Source of the DNA: Vicinamibacterales bacterium
GTDB lineage: Bacteria > Acidobacteriota > Vicinamibacteria > Vicinamibacterales > UBA2999
DNA length: 64,000 bases
Assembly: GCA_030680175.1 (NCBI GenBank)
Contig: JAUXWO010000123.1
Span: forward strand, 68,328-132,327
Direction: 5' to 3'
The notes below the pieces were generated by a model, which did not search any database, was not told the origin of the DNA, and was given only the letters and a program-made list of their open reading frames with translations. Both the position numbers and the translations under genes were made by a program. Positions within the stretch are counted from its first letter, which is position 1. Each line of letters opens with the position of its first letter. Of the stretch, positions 1 to 9,042 are shown in pieces.

Positions 1-1964
1 TAGCCGAACTCGAGGAACAGGTTCGACGTGAGGTCCACGTCCGCGTGCGCCTCGAAGCCCCAGAGCACGCTGTCGGCGGCCGTGAACTCCACGAACGGGA
101 AATCGCCGCCGTGCCCGTTGCCGTCCCCCTCGCCGTGTTCGTGGCCGAACCGCTCCTCGAACTCCTCCTCACGCGCCTCGTACTCGTCCTCCGTCAGCGG
201 GTTGCGGAAGATGAAGTCCTTGATGTCGTTCCGGAACACGGTGAACTCGCCCTTCACGCGGCCGGCCCGCGCGCGCAGCGACACATCCACACCCAGCGCG
301 CGCTCCGACCCGAGGTCGGGATTGCCGATCTCGAACGACAGCGTGCCCGGGTGGGACCCGAAGTAGTACAGCTCCTCGAGCGCCGGATTGCGCGCCGCGC
401 GCGCCACGCTCGTGGCGATGACGAAGTCATCATTGGCCGCGGCAGGCCGCAGGAGCAGGCCGACCGAACCCGACATCTCCGTGAAGTCGCGGGCCGGCAG
501 ATCCCGCACCGGCTCGAAGGTCGTGCGATCGACGCGTCCGCCGAACTGCACCGTGGCGTGCGGCCAGGTGAGCTCCTCGTAGAGGAACAGGGCCAGGCCC
601 CGCTGATCGATCGGCGGCGCCAGCGCCTCGGGCCCCACCGCCGCGAAGGCGCGGTCCAGGAACCAGCCGCCCACCGTGCCCGTGAGCCGGCCGGTCGGGC
701 GATGCGACACGAGCAGCTCGCCCTCGATCGTGTCGTTATTGAAGACGGTGCCCACCTCGTCGCCCTCGAACTCGGTGTGCTCGTAGTTCTTGACACCGAG
801 GGTGGCGCGATAGGAGCTGACCGCGCCCTCGAGGTTCTTCGCGCCGGCGCGCACCGTGAACGCCTGCCGGGTCGGCGTCAGCGTGATCGGCACATCCTCG
901 TGGTCATCGTCACGATCATCGTCGTCGTGATCATCGTCATCGTCGTCGTCGTGGGGCAGGAACGGGATGCCGTACTTCGTGTCATCGTAGGCGAAGCTGG
1001 CGCCGACGTAGCTGCGCGCCCCGGTCCAGGCGCCGCCCACGCTGAAGAAGCCGGCGCGCGACTGTGAGTTGTCGATCCGGCCGTCGGGCGTGGAGAACTC
1101 GCCGACGCGACGGCCGCCGCCCCCGAGATGGAAGGCGAACGTGCCATTGCCGAAGTGCAGGTCGCCGGCGCCGGCGCCCTCCTCGGCGTTGCTGCCGAAG
1201 TCGAACGTGAAGTTCCCGGAGACGCCCTGGATCGGTTCGGTCGGAATCTGATCGGTGATCACGTTGACGAGACCGCCGATCGCGCTGGCGCCGTAGAGCA
1301 GCGTGGCGGGTCCGCGCACCACTTCGATGCGCTGGGCCGAGGCCGGGTTCACGGTCACGCCGTGGTCCCCGGACTGTGCCGACAGGTCGCCCGTACGCTG
1401 GCCGTCCTGCAGCACGACGACGCGGTCGCCGTCGAGGCCGCGGATGACCGGGCGCGCGGCGCCGGGACCGAGGGAGCGCATGGCCACACCCGGCTCAAAG
1501 GCCAGCGTCGCGCCGATGGTGCCCTCGAGCTGCTTGGCCAGGTCCTGGCCCGCCAGCACCGACGTGGGCTGGTACGACTCGAACTGCGGGCGCGGGTTGG
1601 GGCTGACCGACAGCACCTCGAAGAAGTGCAGGTCGAGCTCGACCTCGAGATCGAGCGTCGCGCCACTCGCCGTCACGTCCACCTTGGCCCGCCGGCTGTT
1701 GTAGCCGTCGGCGCGCACGGACACGTGGTAGGTGCGTGGCGGCAGGTTCTCGAACCGGTACGCGCCAGCCGCGTCCGTCCGGGCCTCGCGCCGCAGCTCC
1801 TCCAGAATCACCGTGGCGCCGGCCATCGGCTCGCTCGTGCCCGCGCGCGTGACGATGCCGGTCAGGCTCCCGCCCGTCTGGGCCGCGGCCGGCAGCGCCG
1901 CCAGAAACACCAGGGCGAGTGCGCCGATCACCGATGCGCTCACCCGTACAAGACGAATCCCCAT
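1..1964 (-). CDS. TonB-dependent receptor with CarboxypepD_reg-like N-terminal domain (3' end beyond window edge)
   Basis: The minus-strand frame is open from the window edge to an ATG (cat at 1962-1964). My own translation gives MGIRLVRVSASVIGALALVFLAALPAAAQTGGSLTGIV.., i.e. a signal peptide, then YRFENLPPRTYHVSVRADGY, then the plug motif RIEVVRGPATLLYGASAIGGLVNVIT. Barrel-like strands continue to the edge (..VLWGFEAHADVDLTSNLFLEFG). It is missing from the ORF track only because it is edge-truncated. The + ORFs 45..1067 and 1128..2276 are its antisense shadows. Confidence 0.9.
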   Translation of the reverse strand, partial: MGIRLVRVSASVIGALALVFLAALPAAAQTGGSLTGIVTRAGTSEPMAGATVILEELRREARTDAAGAYRFENLPPRTYHVSVRADGYNSRRAKVDVTASGATLDLEVELDLHFFEVLSVSPNPRPQFESYQPTSVLAGQDLAKQLEGTIGATLAFEPGVAMRSLGPGAARPVIRGLDGDRVVVLQDGQRTGDLSAQSGDHGVTVNPASAQRIEVVRGPATLLYGASAIGGLVNVITDQIPTEPIQGVSGNFTFDFGSNAEEGAGAGDLHFGNGTFAFHLGGGGRRVGEFSTPDGRIDNSQSRAGFFSVGGAWTGARSYVGASFAYDDTKYGIPFLPHDDDDDDDHDDDDRDDDHEDVPITLTPTRQAFTVRAGAKNLEGAVSSYRATLGVKNYEHTEFEGDEVGTVFNNDTIEGELLVSHRPTGRLTGTVGGWFLDRAFAAVGPEALAPPIDQRGLALFLYEELTWPHATVQFGGRVDRTTFEPVRDLPARDFTEMSGSVGLLLRPAAANDDFVIATSVARAARNPALEELYYFGSHPGTLSFEIGNPDLGSERALGVDVSLRARAGRVKGEFTVFRNDIKDFIFRNPLTEDEYEAREEEFEERFGHEHGEGDGNGHGGDFPFVEFTAADSVLWGFEAHADVDLTSNLFLEFG

Positions 1965-2125
1965 GTTGCTCACCTTCTCTACAACGTCCGCCACGCGCGG
2001 CCACGCGGGCGTCCCCTTCCGAGACGCCAGGCCGGCGTACGACGGGCCAGCGGGATCCCCGCCAGGCCAATGAATCACGACTACCTGAAAATGAAAGCGT
2101 CCGCGGACCGGCGGCCCGCGAGCGG

Positions 2126-2506
2126 TCAGCCGAGACGGACAGCGGGAGGGGCGCGCGCCGGAAGCGGGACGGCCGCGGCCGCGCGAGGGGCGCGGACGGG
2201 CTCGTGGACGAGCCGGCCGCCGTCGATGAAGAGGTGGAAGACACCGGCGCCCTGCCCGGCCACCGAGCGTGCCTGACGCCCGAAGTGGCAGACCGCGCAG
2301 TGCACCTCCGGCAGCGATGCCTGGTCAGGCGCGGCCAGCTCGTGATCGTGCTGCGAGCAGTCGTGGCGTTCGAGCAGGAACGCGAAGTCCGCCTCGTGTC
2401 CGTCGCCGCCGTGCAGCAGCGGACCCGCCGACACCGCCAGCATGACGGCGACCAGCAGTCGCGCCACAGAGGCATGCCACGCGTTCGAGGGGACCCGTCT
2501 CGTCAC
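2126..2506 (-). CDS. small membrane-anchored His/Cys-rich protein (DUF2946-like CxxC protein, tentative)
   Basis: 126-aa ORF with an N-terminal hydrophobic anchor (ARLLVAVMLAVSAGPLL). A His-rich stretch follows (HGGDGHEADFAFLLERHDCSQHDHE), then HCAVCHF. It lies between the DUF3526 permeases and the TonB receptor on the same strand. Confidence 0.45.
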   Translation of the reverse strand: MTRRVPSNAWHASVARLLVAVMLAVSAGPLLHGGDGHEADFAFLLERHDCSQHDHELAAPDQASLPEVHCAVCHFGRQARSVAGQGAGVFHLFIDGGRLVHEPVRAPRAAAAVPLPARAPPAVRLG

Positions 2507-2603
2507 AGCTTCTCAGGTTACTTCGGGGTGACAGGGGGGTCAAGGCGGCCTCCTGGTCCGAGGATCGCCCTGGCGGACAGGGACCGGTGGCCGGACGGGC
2601 CGC

Positions 2604-4037
2604 TCAGCCCACCACCGGATAGCGCCGGAGGCGAGAGACACCGAAGAGGCCCATCAGCGCCGCCGGCAGCGCCAGCCCCGCCAGGCTCACGCCCACCCGG
2701 CGCGCGATGGCACCCGTCGCCTCCTCCTCGAACGCGAACCGCGGCACGTCATCGAACGACGTCACCTGCGCGCGCTGGAAAATGAGCGGCGTGAAGTACC
2801 CGCGCCACTCGGCGTGGAAGCGGTCCACCTGCGCCACGAAGTGACGGTGGCGCGCGGTGCCCGTCCCGGCCAGATCGTTGAGCGCCTCCTGCATGAGGAC
2901 GGCGGGCGAGAGGAAGCGCAGGCCATCGATGGCCGCCTGCTGCGCCACGATCTGCTGCTCGTAGCGCGCCACCACCGGCCGAACGCGCCGCTCCACGTCG
3001 TCGTTCACCGCGACACGGATCATGTTGAAGTCCGTCATCGCCTGCTCGGCGTCGCCCGTGGCCAGCTCGGGGTGATCTTCGTAGTAGGACGCGAGCAGCT
3101 TGCTTCCTTCGGCGCTGGCGTCGTCGGAGGCCTCGCGCATCGCCTGGACCATCTCCACCCGGGAGGGGACGGGATAGATCGTCGTCACGGCCAGGTTGAA
3201 GAGCGACGGGAGCATCACGACCAGCACCAGCCACGCCGACGCGAGGATCGTGGCGCTCGTGGCGGAACCGCGGCCGAACGAGGCGACCAGGGCGGCCAGC
3301 GAGAACCAGAACGCGCCATAGACCGCAACGGCGCCCGCCCAGAGGAGCAGGCGGAGCCCGATCCCGGGCGACGCGAGATCGACGCCCCCGAGGGCGAGGG
3401 CGACACCGGAGCACACCAGGACCGTGCCGACCAGCACCATCGCCCGCAGGGTGATCTTTCCCGTGACGATCGTCCGCAGCGCGACCGGCTGCGAGAGCAC
3501 GAGCGCCAGGGTCCCCTGCTCCTTCTCGGCCGACAGCATGTTGTAGGTGACGGCGAGGATCAATAGCGGGTAGAGAAAGATCACGACGAACGCCAGGTCG
3601 AACCGCCCGACGAGCAGCCGCTGGGGATTCTCGATCTCGGTCGCCGCCAGGATGTTCTCGCGCGAATCCGTGGAGATGCGGAAGTAGTACGGGAGCAGAT
3701 CGCTCTGGCCGATGGCGAGCGGCGCCAATGGCCCCGGAGGCAGCATCGCATAGCGGGGGCCGAGACGGCCGCCGACGTTCGACGGGCTGCGCGGGTCGGC
3801 GAACGGCGACACCTGGCCACCCGTCTTGACGATGTCGTCCACGCGCTGGCGGAGTCCGTCGTAGCGCTCCTGCTCTTCGGCGGCGGCGCCGGCCAGGGCG
3901 CGGGTCTGAAACTCGACCCACCGGACTCCGTTCCAGACGCCGTACCCGATGGCCACGGCGAAGACGCCGGCCACGACCCAGAGGGTGGCGTCGGCGCGCA
4001 GGGTCGACCACTCGTGACGAAGAATGCGGAGGAACAT
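2604..4037 (-). CDS. DUF3526-type ABC-2 transporter permease
   Basis: The track ORF is 2604..4127. The likely start is the ATG at 4037 (MFLRILRHEWSTLRADATLWVVAGVF..). The protein is polytopic, about 470 aa, and paralogous in layout to the upstream permease. Confidence 0.75.
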   Translation of the reverse strand: MFLRILRHEWSTLRADATLWVVAGVFAVAIGYGVWNGVRWVEFQTRALAGAAAEEQERYDGLRQRVDDIVKTGGQVSPFADPRSPSNVGGRLGPRYAMLPPGPLAPLAIGQSDLLPYYFRISTDSRENILAATEIENPQRLLVGRFDLAFVVIFLYPLLILAVTYNMLSAEKEQGTLALVLSQPVALRTIVTGKITLRAMVLVGTVLVCSGVALALGGVDLASPGIGLRLLLWAGAVAVYGAFWFSLAALVASFGRGSATSATILASAWLVLVVMLPSLFNLAVTTIYPVPSRVEMVQAMREASDDASAEGSKLLASYYEDHPELATGDAEQAMTDFNMIRVAVNDDVERRVRPVVARYEQQIVAQQAAIDGLRFLSPAVLMQEALNDLAGTGTARHRHFVAQVDRFHAEWRGYFTPLIFQRAQVTSFDDVPRFAFEEEATGAIARRVGVSLAGLALPAALMGLFGVSRLRRYPVVG

Positions 4038-4066
4038 GGTGGCTATCGGCTTTCGGCTATCGGCGC

Positions 4067-5473
4067 TCAGTCCACGCGGGCGGTGGCGCCGGCACGGAGC
4101 ATCCATGCGACGGCGGCGGCCATCCACAACCCCAGGACCAGGAGGCTCGTGGTGTAGGCCGCGAGCACCCAGGACGTGGCCGGCGCCTCGTAGTCGAACG
4201 GCGGCACCTCCTCCCAGAGCGCGCGTCCGGCCAGGTATACCTGCCCGGGCTTCTGGTTCCGGACGATGTCGCCGTTCAGAATCCGTTGGATGTCACGGCG
4301 ATAGTCCTCGGCCGCGCGGATGAAGTCGCGGTGCTGCAGGAAGTCGGTGCCCGCGAGCCCCATCGAGAGCGACCGCACGGCCAGCATCGGCGCGACGACG
4401 CCGGCCAGCTGGTGCACGCGGTTCTGGCGATCGTAGAGGTCGAACAGGCGCCCGTAGTGCCGGTCGAACACGAGGTTGGCGTACTCCTCGCCTTCCTGGA
4501 GCGAGATGCCCGAGAAGGCGATCGGCAGCGCGTCGATGGTGTCGACGTTGTACTCGCGCAGGAGCGCGGCCCGGCGCTCGTCGAGCCGGCGCTGGACGGG
4601 TGCGCGGTCGTCCAGATCCGCCTGCATGGCCTGCTGGAACTCGATGGCCGACGGCGTCGGGTGCAGGGCGGACGCGAGGTCGGAGACGGCGCGCGAGGCG
4701 ATCAGGCTGTTGGTGAACCAGAAGCTGAGGAGGATCACGAGCGCGAGCCGCGACGAGGCCGCCCAGGCCGACACGCCCAGCGCGAGCGCAATCATCACCG
4801 CGAAGTACGCCGCGTAGACCGCGACGAGCAGCACCGCGCGCATCGGATCGCCGGCCAGCAGGCCGCCCTCGAGCGTGAGCGCCATGGCGACGACGCCCAT
4901 GATGACCGACGGCACCAGCACGAGCCCGAGCGCCGCGGCGATCCCGAGGGCCTTGCCCATCATCAGGTCGCGCCGGCGCACGCCGAGGCTCAGCAGCTGC
5001 CGCAGGGTGCCCTGCTCCCGCTCGCCGGAGAACGCCGAGAACGTCATGAGCACCACGAAGAGCGGCAGCAGCACCTGCAGGACCTCGCCGGCGGTCATCT
5101 CGCCGAAACGCTGCACGGCCGTGCGGTCCTGCGCCGGCCGGTACTTGAACTCGTTCTGCCGGTGCGCCTCGAGCCACACGGCCACGCCCATGTACGGATC
5201 GATGCCGGTATCGACGATCGCGAGCTGGCTTTTCGGCTTGAAGGCGTAGACCCCGTAGTGGGCGGCCGAGTGGGGGTTCTTCTCCGGCTGGTTGACCCAC
5301 TGCTCGCGCGTGGAGGCGGCGGCGGTCTCGTGCTGCCGGCTGAGGTCGGTGTAGTGCTTCCAGCCCGCGAGCAACGACACGAGGGACACGGCGAGCACGA
5401 TCGCCGACAGGACGCGGAAGCGCCCGTCGCGCATCATCTCGACGAGTTCCTTCCGGGCGATACGCAACACCAT
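4067..5473 (-). CDS. DUF3526-type ABC-2 transporter permease
   Basis: The real start is the ATG at 5473 (MVLRIARKELVEMMRDGRFRVLSAIVLAV..). The first ~260 aa of track ORF 4067..6259 are an Arg-rich out-of-frame read-through of the ATPase gene. The ABC-2 motif FSGEREQGTLRQLLSLGV is present. Confidence 0.75.
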   Translation of the reverse strand: MVLRIARKELVEMMRDGRFRVLSAIVLAVSLVSLLAGWKHYTDLSRQHETAAASTREQWVNQPEKNPHSAAHYGVYAFKPKSQLAIVDTGIDPYMGVAVWLEAHRQNEFKYRPAQDRTAVQRFGEMTAGEVLQVLLPLFVVLMTFSAFSGEREQGTLRQLLSLGVRRRDLMMGKALGIAAALGLVLVPSVIMGVVAMALTLEGGLLAGDPMRAVLLVAVYAAYFAVMIALALGVSAWAASSRLALVILLSFWFTNSLIASRAVSDLASALHPTPSAIEFQQAMQADLDDRAPVQRRLDERRAALLREYNVDTIDALPIAFSGISLQEGEEYANLVFDRHYGRLFDLYDRQNRVHQLAGVVAPMLAVRSLSMGLAGTDFLQHRDFIRAAEDYRRDIQRILNGDIVRNQKPGQVYLAGRALWEEVPPFDYEAPATSWVLAAYTTSLLVLGLWMAAAVAWMLRAGATARVD

Positions 5474-5538
5474 GGTGACCCCCTGGGCGCGGTCAGGCGC
5501 GCCCCCGACCGCCGCGCGGCGTGCGCGGCGCCCCAATG

Positions 5539-6243
5539 TCAGTCGTGCATGTACTGCAGATAGAGGCGCTCGAGGTCGGCGTGGCCGAACTCGTCGGTGC
5601 CGTGGACCGCCACCAGCGTGCCGTGCTTCATGATGCCGACGCGCGTGCCGGATTCCTTGGCGCGGAAGAGGTCGTGCGTCGCCATGAGGACCGCGACGCC
5701 CGAGTCGCTCATCCGCTTCAGCAGGTCCGAGAACTCGTTCGACGCCTTCGGATCGAGGCCCGAGGTCGGCTCGTCGAGGAGCAGCGAGCGCGCCCCCTTG
5801 GCGATGGCGATGGCGATGCCCACCTTCTGCCGCATGCCCTTCGAGTAGGTGCCGACCCGCCGGTCGGCGGCGTCGCCGGCCAGCCCGACCTCCTGGAAGA
5901 AGCCGAGCAGCTGATCCCGCGTGTAGTCGGGGCGGCCGGCGAGCGCGGCGAAGTACTCGAGGTTCTCGAGCCCGGTGAGGTTGCGGTAGAGCATCACCGT
6001 CTCGGGGATGTACGCCACGTACTTCTTCGTCTCGAGCGGCTGTTGCACGACGTCGATGCCGTTGATGGCCGCCGTCCCTGACGTCGGCGCGATGAAGTTC
6101 AGGAAGAGGTTGATCGTCGTGGTCTTGCCGGCGCCGTTGGCCCCGAGCAGACAGAAGACCTCGCCCGGCTCGACCGTGAGCGTCAGGGAGTCGAGGGCGG
6201 TCACGCCGTTGTAGTGCTTGGTCAGGTTCGTGGCTTCGAGCAT
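5539..6243 (-). CDS. ABC transporter ATP-binding protein
   Basis: Start ATG at 6243 (MLEATNLTKHY..). Walker A GANGAGKTTT, signature YSKGMRQKV, Walker B LLLDEPTSGLD and an H-loop ATHD are all present. Confidence 0.92.
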   Translation of the reverse strand: MLEATNLTKHYNGVTALDSLTLTVEPGEVFCLLGANGAGKTTTINLFLNFIAPTSGTAAINGIDVVQQPLETKKYVAYIPETVMLYRNLTGLENLEYFAALAGRPDYTRDQLLGFFQEVGLAGDAADRRVGTYSKGMRQKVGIAIAIAKGARSLLLDEPTSGLDPKASNEFSDLLKRMSDSGVAVLMATHDLFRAKESGTRVGIMKHGTLVAVHGTDEFGHADLERLYLQYMHD

Positions 6244-6350
6244 GGCAACTCCCGGGCACGCGTCTGCGGTGCAGGAGGCATCCTCGCGGCTGGCCGCGAA
6301 TTTCGGAACGACGACCTCACGAATGGTCGTTCTGACCCCATGAGTGGGAG

Positions 6351-6791
6351 TTAGCGGCGGGCGAGGTGACGGGAGAAGGTCTGGCCGCGAGTCGGCGATG
6401 CGCGATCGAACACCGCGCGACATCGTCCGTCCTCGTCGATCTTGGTGTCTTCGATCCACAGGCGAGCGCCGTCCACCACCAGCGTTCCGCTGACGGCGTG
6501 ACCGGGTGCCAGGGCGGTCAGCACCACCGTCTCCTTGACCCCGAGCGTCATGGTCATGGCGTTCATGAACCCGGCGATCTCGTCGTGCGCCAGGACGATA
6601 TCCTGCGCGTCGACGTCGACCGACACCACGCACCCGGTGATCGGAAACCTCAAGGCCCCGGGCCGAGCCGTGAACCTCTGCCCCTCGTCCGGGATCGGCG
6701 CGTCGGTGCCGCAGCTGACGGCCATCATCGCAGAGGCCAGAATCAGACACAGCCGGGGCCGCGCACGGCGTAACAGGGTCCTCGGTGACAT
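6351..6791 (-). CDS. lipoprotein with CusF-like metal-binding motif
   Basis: Signal peptide with a lipobox-like AVSC|G. The motif LAHDEIAGFMNAMTMTLGV matches the H..I.GFM.AMTM signature of CusF-like copper-binding domains. It is the first gene of the minus-strand operon. Confidence 0.6.
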   Translation of the reverse strand: MSPRTLLRRARPRLCLILASAMMAVSCGTDAPIPDEGQRFTARPGALRFPITGCVVSVDVDAQDIVLAHDEIAGFMNAMTMTLGVKETVVLTALAPGHAVSGTLVVDGARLWIEDTKIDEDGRCRAVFDRASPTRGQTFSRHLARR

Positions 6792-7011
6792 GCCGCTCGA
6801 CTGTAGCCCATCACCTCATCGGGCACCTACGGTCGGCCGGGCATGATGGGCGACAGCCGCCCTTCATGGCCCTGGAGCACCGCGCGGTCAGTCGCCCAGC
6901 GCGATGGCCGGATCCGGGCGCACCGCCCGGGTGACGAGTTCCGCCGCACGTGCCGTCCACGCATGGCGGCGCCGGGCGTCGGCCTGCATCGCGGCATGGT
7001 AGTACTGGACC

Positions 7012-7797
7012 GTGACCCGGCATGATCGCGCCCTCCTGCTTCCGCAGGAGCACGGCACCTACGGCGAGATCCTCTTTCCGCTGATCGCGGCGCTGGCGAT
7101 CGGGAGCCCCGGCGCCGGGGCGTGGGGCATCGCGGTGGCATCGCTCGGCGGGTTCCTGGCCCACGAGGGGTTCGTGGTGCTGCTCGGACGGCGCGGCGGG
7201 CGCGCGCGGCGTGAGCAGGCACGCGCGGCGTGGCGATCGTTGCTCGGATTCGGCGGGATCGGCCTGGCCGGCGTCTGGCTGGCCGCGTCGGGGCTCGGCG
7301 CGGAGGCGTGGCCGTGGCTGGCGCTGGCCGCGGCCCTGTCCGGACTGGCCATCCTTGTCGCGTGGTCCGGGCGGGAGCGGACCCTCGGGGGAGAAATGCT
7401 CGCGGCCATCGCCTTGTCCGCGTGGTGCGTGCCGACCGCGCTCGCCGCGGGATGTCCCTTGCGGCTGGCCCTCACCCTCTGGGCCGCATGGAGCCTCGTG
7501 TTCATGGTCGCCACCTGCGCCGTGCACGTCGTCATCGCCCGCTCGACCCGGCGCCCGCACCTGGAGCCGCTGGCCGCCGGCTGGCTGCTGGCCGTCGGGG
7601 CTCCGGTTGCCGCCGCCCTGCTCGAATGGTCCGGCGCCGTGCCGTCGGGAACGACCGTGGTGCTCCTGCCGTCATGCGTGGCCGCCGCGGTCGTGCTGAC
7701 GGCGCCGGTCACGGCCCACCGCCTGCGCGACATCGGCTGGTCGTTCATCGCGGTGTCGACCGTCACACTGGCCCTGATGCTGGGGCTCCTGCGCTGA
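7012..7797 (+). CDS. polytopic membrane protein (YwiC-like, tentative)
   Basis: 261-aa ORF with a GTG start. It has many hydrophobic helices, and the N-terminal EHGTYGEILFPLI resembles the YwiC-like family signature as I remember it. Confidence 0.45.
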   Translation: MTRHDRALLLPQEHGTYGEILFPLIAALAIGSPGAGAWGIAVASLGGFLAHEGFVVLLGRRGGRARREQARAAWRSLLGFGGIGLAGVWLAASGLGAEAWPWLALAAALSGLAILVAWSGRERTLGGEMLAAIALSAWCVPTALAAGCPLRLALTLWAAWSLVFMVATCAVHVVIARSTRRPHLEPLAAGWLLAVGAPVAAALLEWSGAVPSGTTVVLLPSCVAAAVVLTAPVTAHRLRDIGWSFIAVSTVTLALMLGLLR

Positions 7798-8005
7798 ACC
7801 CGGGCCGCGACGCCCCCTCGGCGCCACCCTTCCGGACGGTCGCCCTTCCGGTACGCCAGACGTTCCCGTCACGAACGCGCGCGGGGAATCGCGCGGGCCA
7901 TCGGCGGCGTCCAAGAGGGGTGGCACGGCGGCGGCGCCGCTGGCATTCGCCAACAGCGCCCCGTCGCGCCATCCGACGTAACACCGGTCAAGAGAGGCTT
8001 TTGGC

Positions 8006-8356
8006 ATGTATTCCTACGCCGCCGCCGCCCAGGTCGTCATCGCGCTCTCGATCGCCATCGTCTGGATCGGGCGGTTTGACAACATCGTGAGGGAGTTCCG
8101 GCAGTTCGGACTGCCCGACATCGTTCGCAGCCTCGTGGGCGCGGTGAAGATCTCGCTGGCAACGCTGCTCGTGGCGGGGATCTGGTATCCGTCGCTGGTG
8201 CTCGTGCCAGCGCTGGCCATGGCGTTCCTGATGCTGTGCGCGCAGGGCGCGCACTACAGCGTGAGGAATCCCGTGCACAAGTACCTGCCCTCACTCGGCC
8301 TGCTGCTGTTGTCCCTGTTCGTGGCGGCCGTGCACGCGGGCATCGTGCCCGAGTGA
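8006..8356 (+). CDS. DoxX-like family membrane protein
   Basis: 116 aa with four hydrophobic helices. It forms a paralogous pair with the next ORF (..FRQFGLPDIVRSLVGAVKISLATLLVAG.. versus ..FRRFGLERFRVLTGALEVLGGTGLVGG..). Confidence 0.6.
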   Translation: MYSYAAAAQVVIALSIAIVWIGRFDNIVREFRQFGLPDIVRSLVGAVKISLATLLVAGIWYPSLVLVPALAMAFLMLCAQGAHYSVRNPVHKYLPSLGLLLLSLFVAAVHAGIVPE

Positions 8357-8700
8357 CCCTCATTGCCCTGCTGGCGGCCTGCACCGGCGCCGCATTCGTC
8401 ATCTACGGCATCAGCTGCCTGAGCTCCGAGCGGATGAGAGCCGAGTTCAGGCGATTCGGACTCGAGCGTTTCAGGGTGCTGACCGGAGCGCTGGAAGTGC
8501 TGGGCGGCACCGGACTGGTGGGAGGCCTGCTCTGGCCGCCGGCGTTGTGGCTCTCGTCGGGAGGTCTGGCGCTGCTGATGTTGTTGGGGGTCGCGGTGCG
8601 CGTGCGGGTCGGGGACGGCCTGCGCCAGACCCTGCCCGCACTCCTCCTGATGCTCGTGAACGTGTATATCCTGTCCGCGTCCTGGCCGTCGCGAGGCTGA
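8353..8700 (+). CDS. DoxX-like family membrane protein (tandem paralog)
   Basis: The GTG at 8353 overlaps the preceding TGA (GTGA) and is in frame with track ORF 8236..8700. The ORF part upstream of 8353 is Arg/Ala-rich and not protein-like. Confidence 0.55.
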   Translation: MTLIALLAACTGAAFVIYGISCLSSERMRAEFRRFGLERFRVLTGALEVLGGTGLVGGLLWPPALWLSSGGLALLMLLGVAVRVRVGDGLRQTLPALLLMLVNVYILSASWPSRG

Positions 8701-8738
8701 CGCCGGCAGCCACGTCGAGGCACGTCCGCGCCACGACG

Positions 8739-8873
8739 CTACTGCCGCTGTGCGCGTGGTCGACCGTCGGAATTGCGGCCGAGCCTGGACATCTCCGCAA
8801 TCGTGAAGTAGAGGCCGAAGAGGCACAGCGTGCTGACGCCGAGGCCGACCAGAAAAATGCCCATGGTCGACAT
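8739..8873 (-). CDS. small single-helix membrane protein (44 aa)
   Basis: The ATG at 8873 lies 1 nt after the TGA of the preceding small ORF. Translation: MSTMGIFLVGLGVSTLCLFGLYFTIAEMSRLGRNSDGRPRAQRQ. This is the C-terminal part of track ORF 8739..9011. Confidence 0.3.
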   Translation of the reverse strand: MSTMGIFLVGLGVSTLCLFGLYFTIAEMSRLGRNSDGRPRAQRQ

Positions 8874-8874
8874 G

Positions 8875-9042
8875 TCAGCGTGCCTTGGCCTGGGCGGCCA
8901 GCGTCGCGAACGCCAGGATCGAGGGCACCCAAATCCCCACGAACAGGCCTTCGTCGCGCTGACCGGAGAACCAGAGGGAGACCGAGAACAGGAACGAGAG
9001 AAAAGCGGCAATCATGAACGCGTAGTCGCTGCGTTGGAACAC
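8875..9042 (-). CDS. small two-helix membrane protein (55 aa, below ORF-track cutoff)
   Basis: My own translation from the GTG at 9042 gives VFQRSDYAFMIAAFLSFLFSVSLWFSGQRDEGLFVGIWVPSILAFATLAAQAKAR. An AGGGAGG sequence lies 5 nt upstream of the start. Confidence 0.35.
   Translation of the reverse strand: MFQRSDYAFMIAAFLSFLFSVSLWFSGQRDEGLFVGIWVPSILAFATLAAQAKAR

Noticed and set aside
893-954. GAC/GAT/CAC-rich low-complexity DNA considered as a non-coding microsatellite
   Set aside because: It lies in frame inside the TonB receptor CDS, encodes an Asp/His loop and is flanked by normal barrel sequence.
5474-6259. N-terminal 260 aa of the 730-aa track ORF 4067..6259, which would imply a giant fused permease
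   Set aside because: This part is an out-of-frame read-through of the ABC ATPase gene with an Arg-rich nonsense composition. The permease starts at the ATG at 5473 (MVLRIARKEL..), mirroring its paralog.
7900-7960. TGGCAC..TGGCA sequence considered as a sigma-54 promoter upstream of the DoxX-like genes
   Set aside because: The spacing and the -12 element do not fit TGGCAC-N5-TTGC. No enhancer-binding protein gene is nearby.
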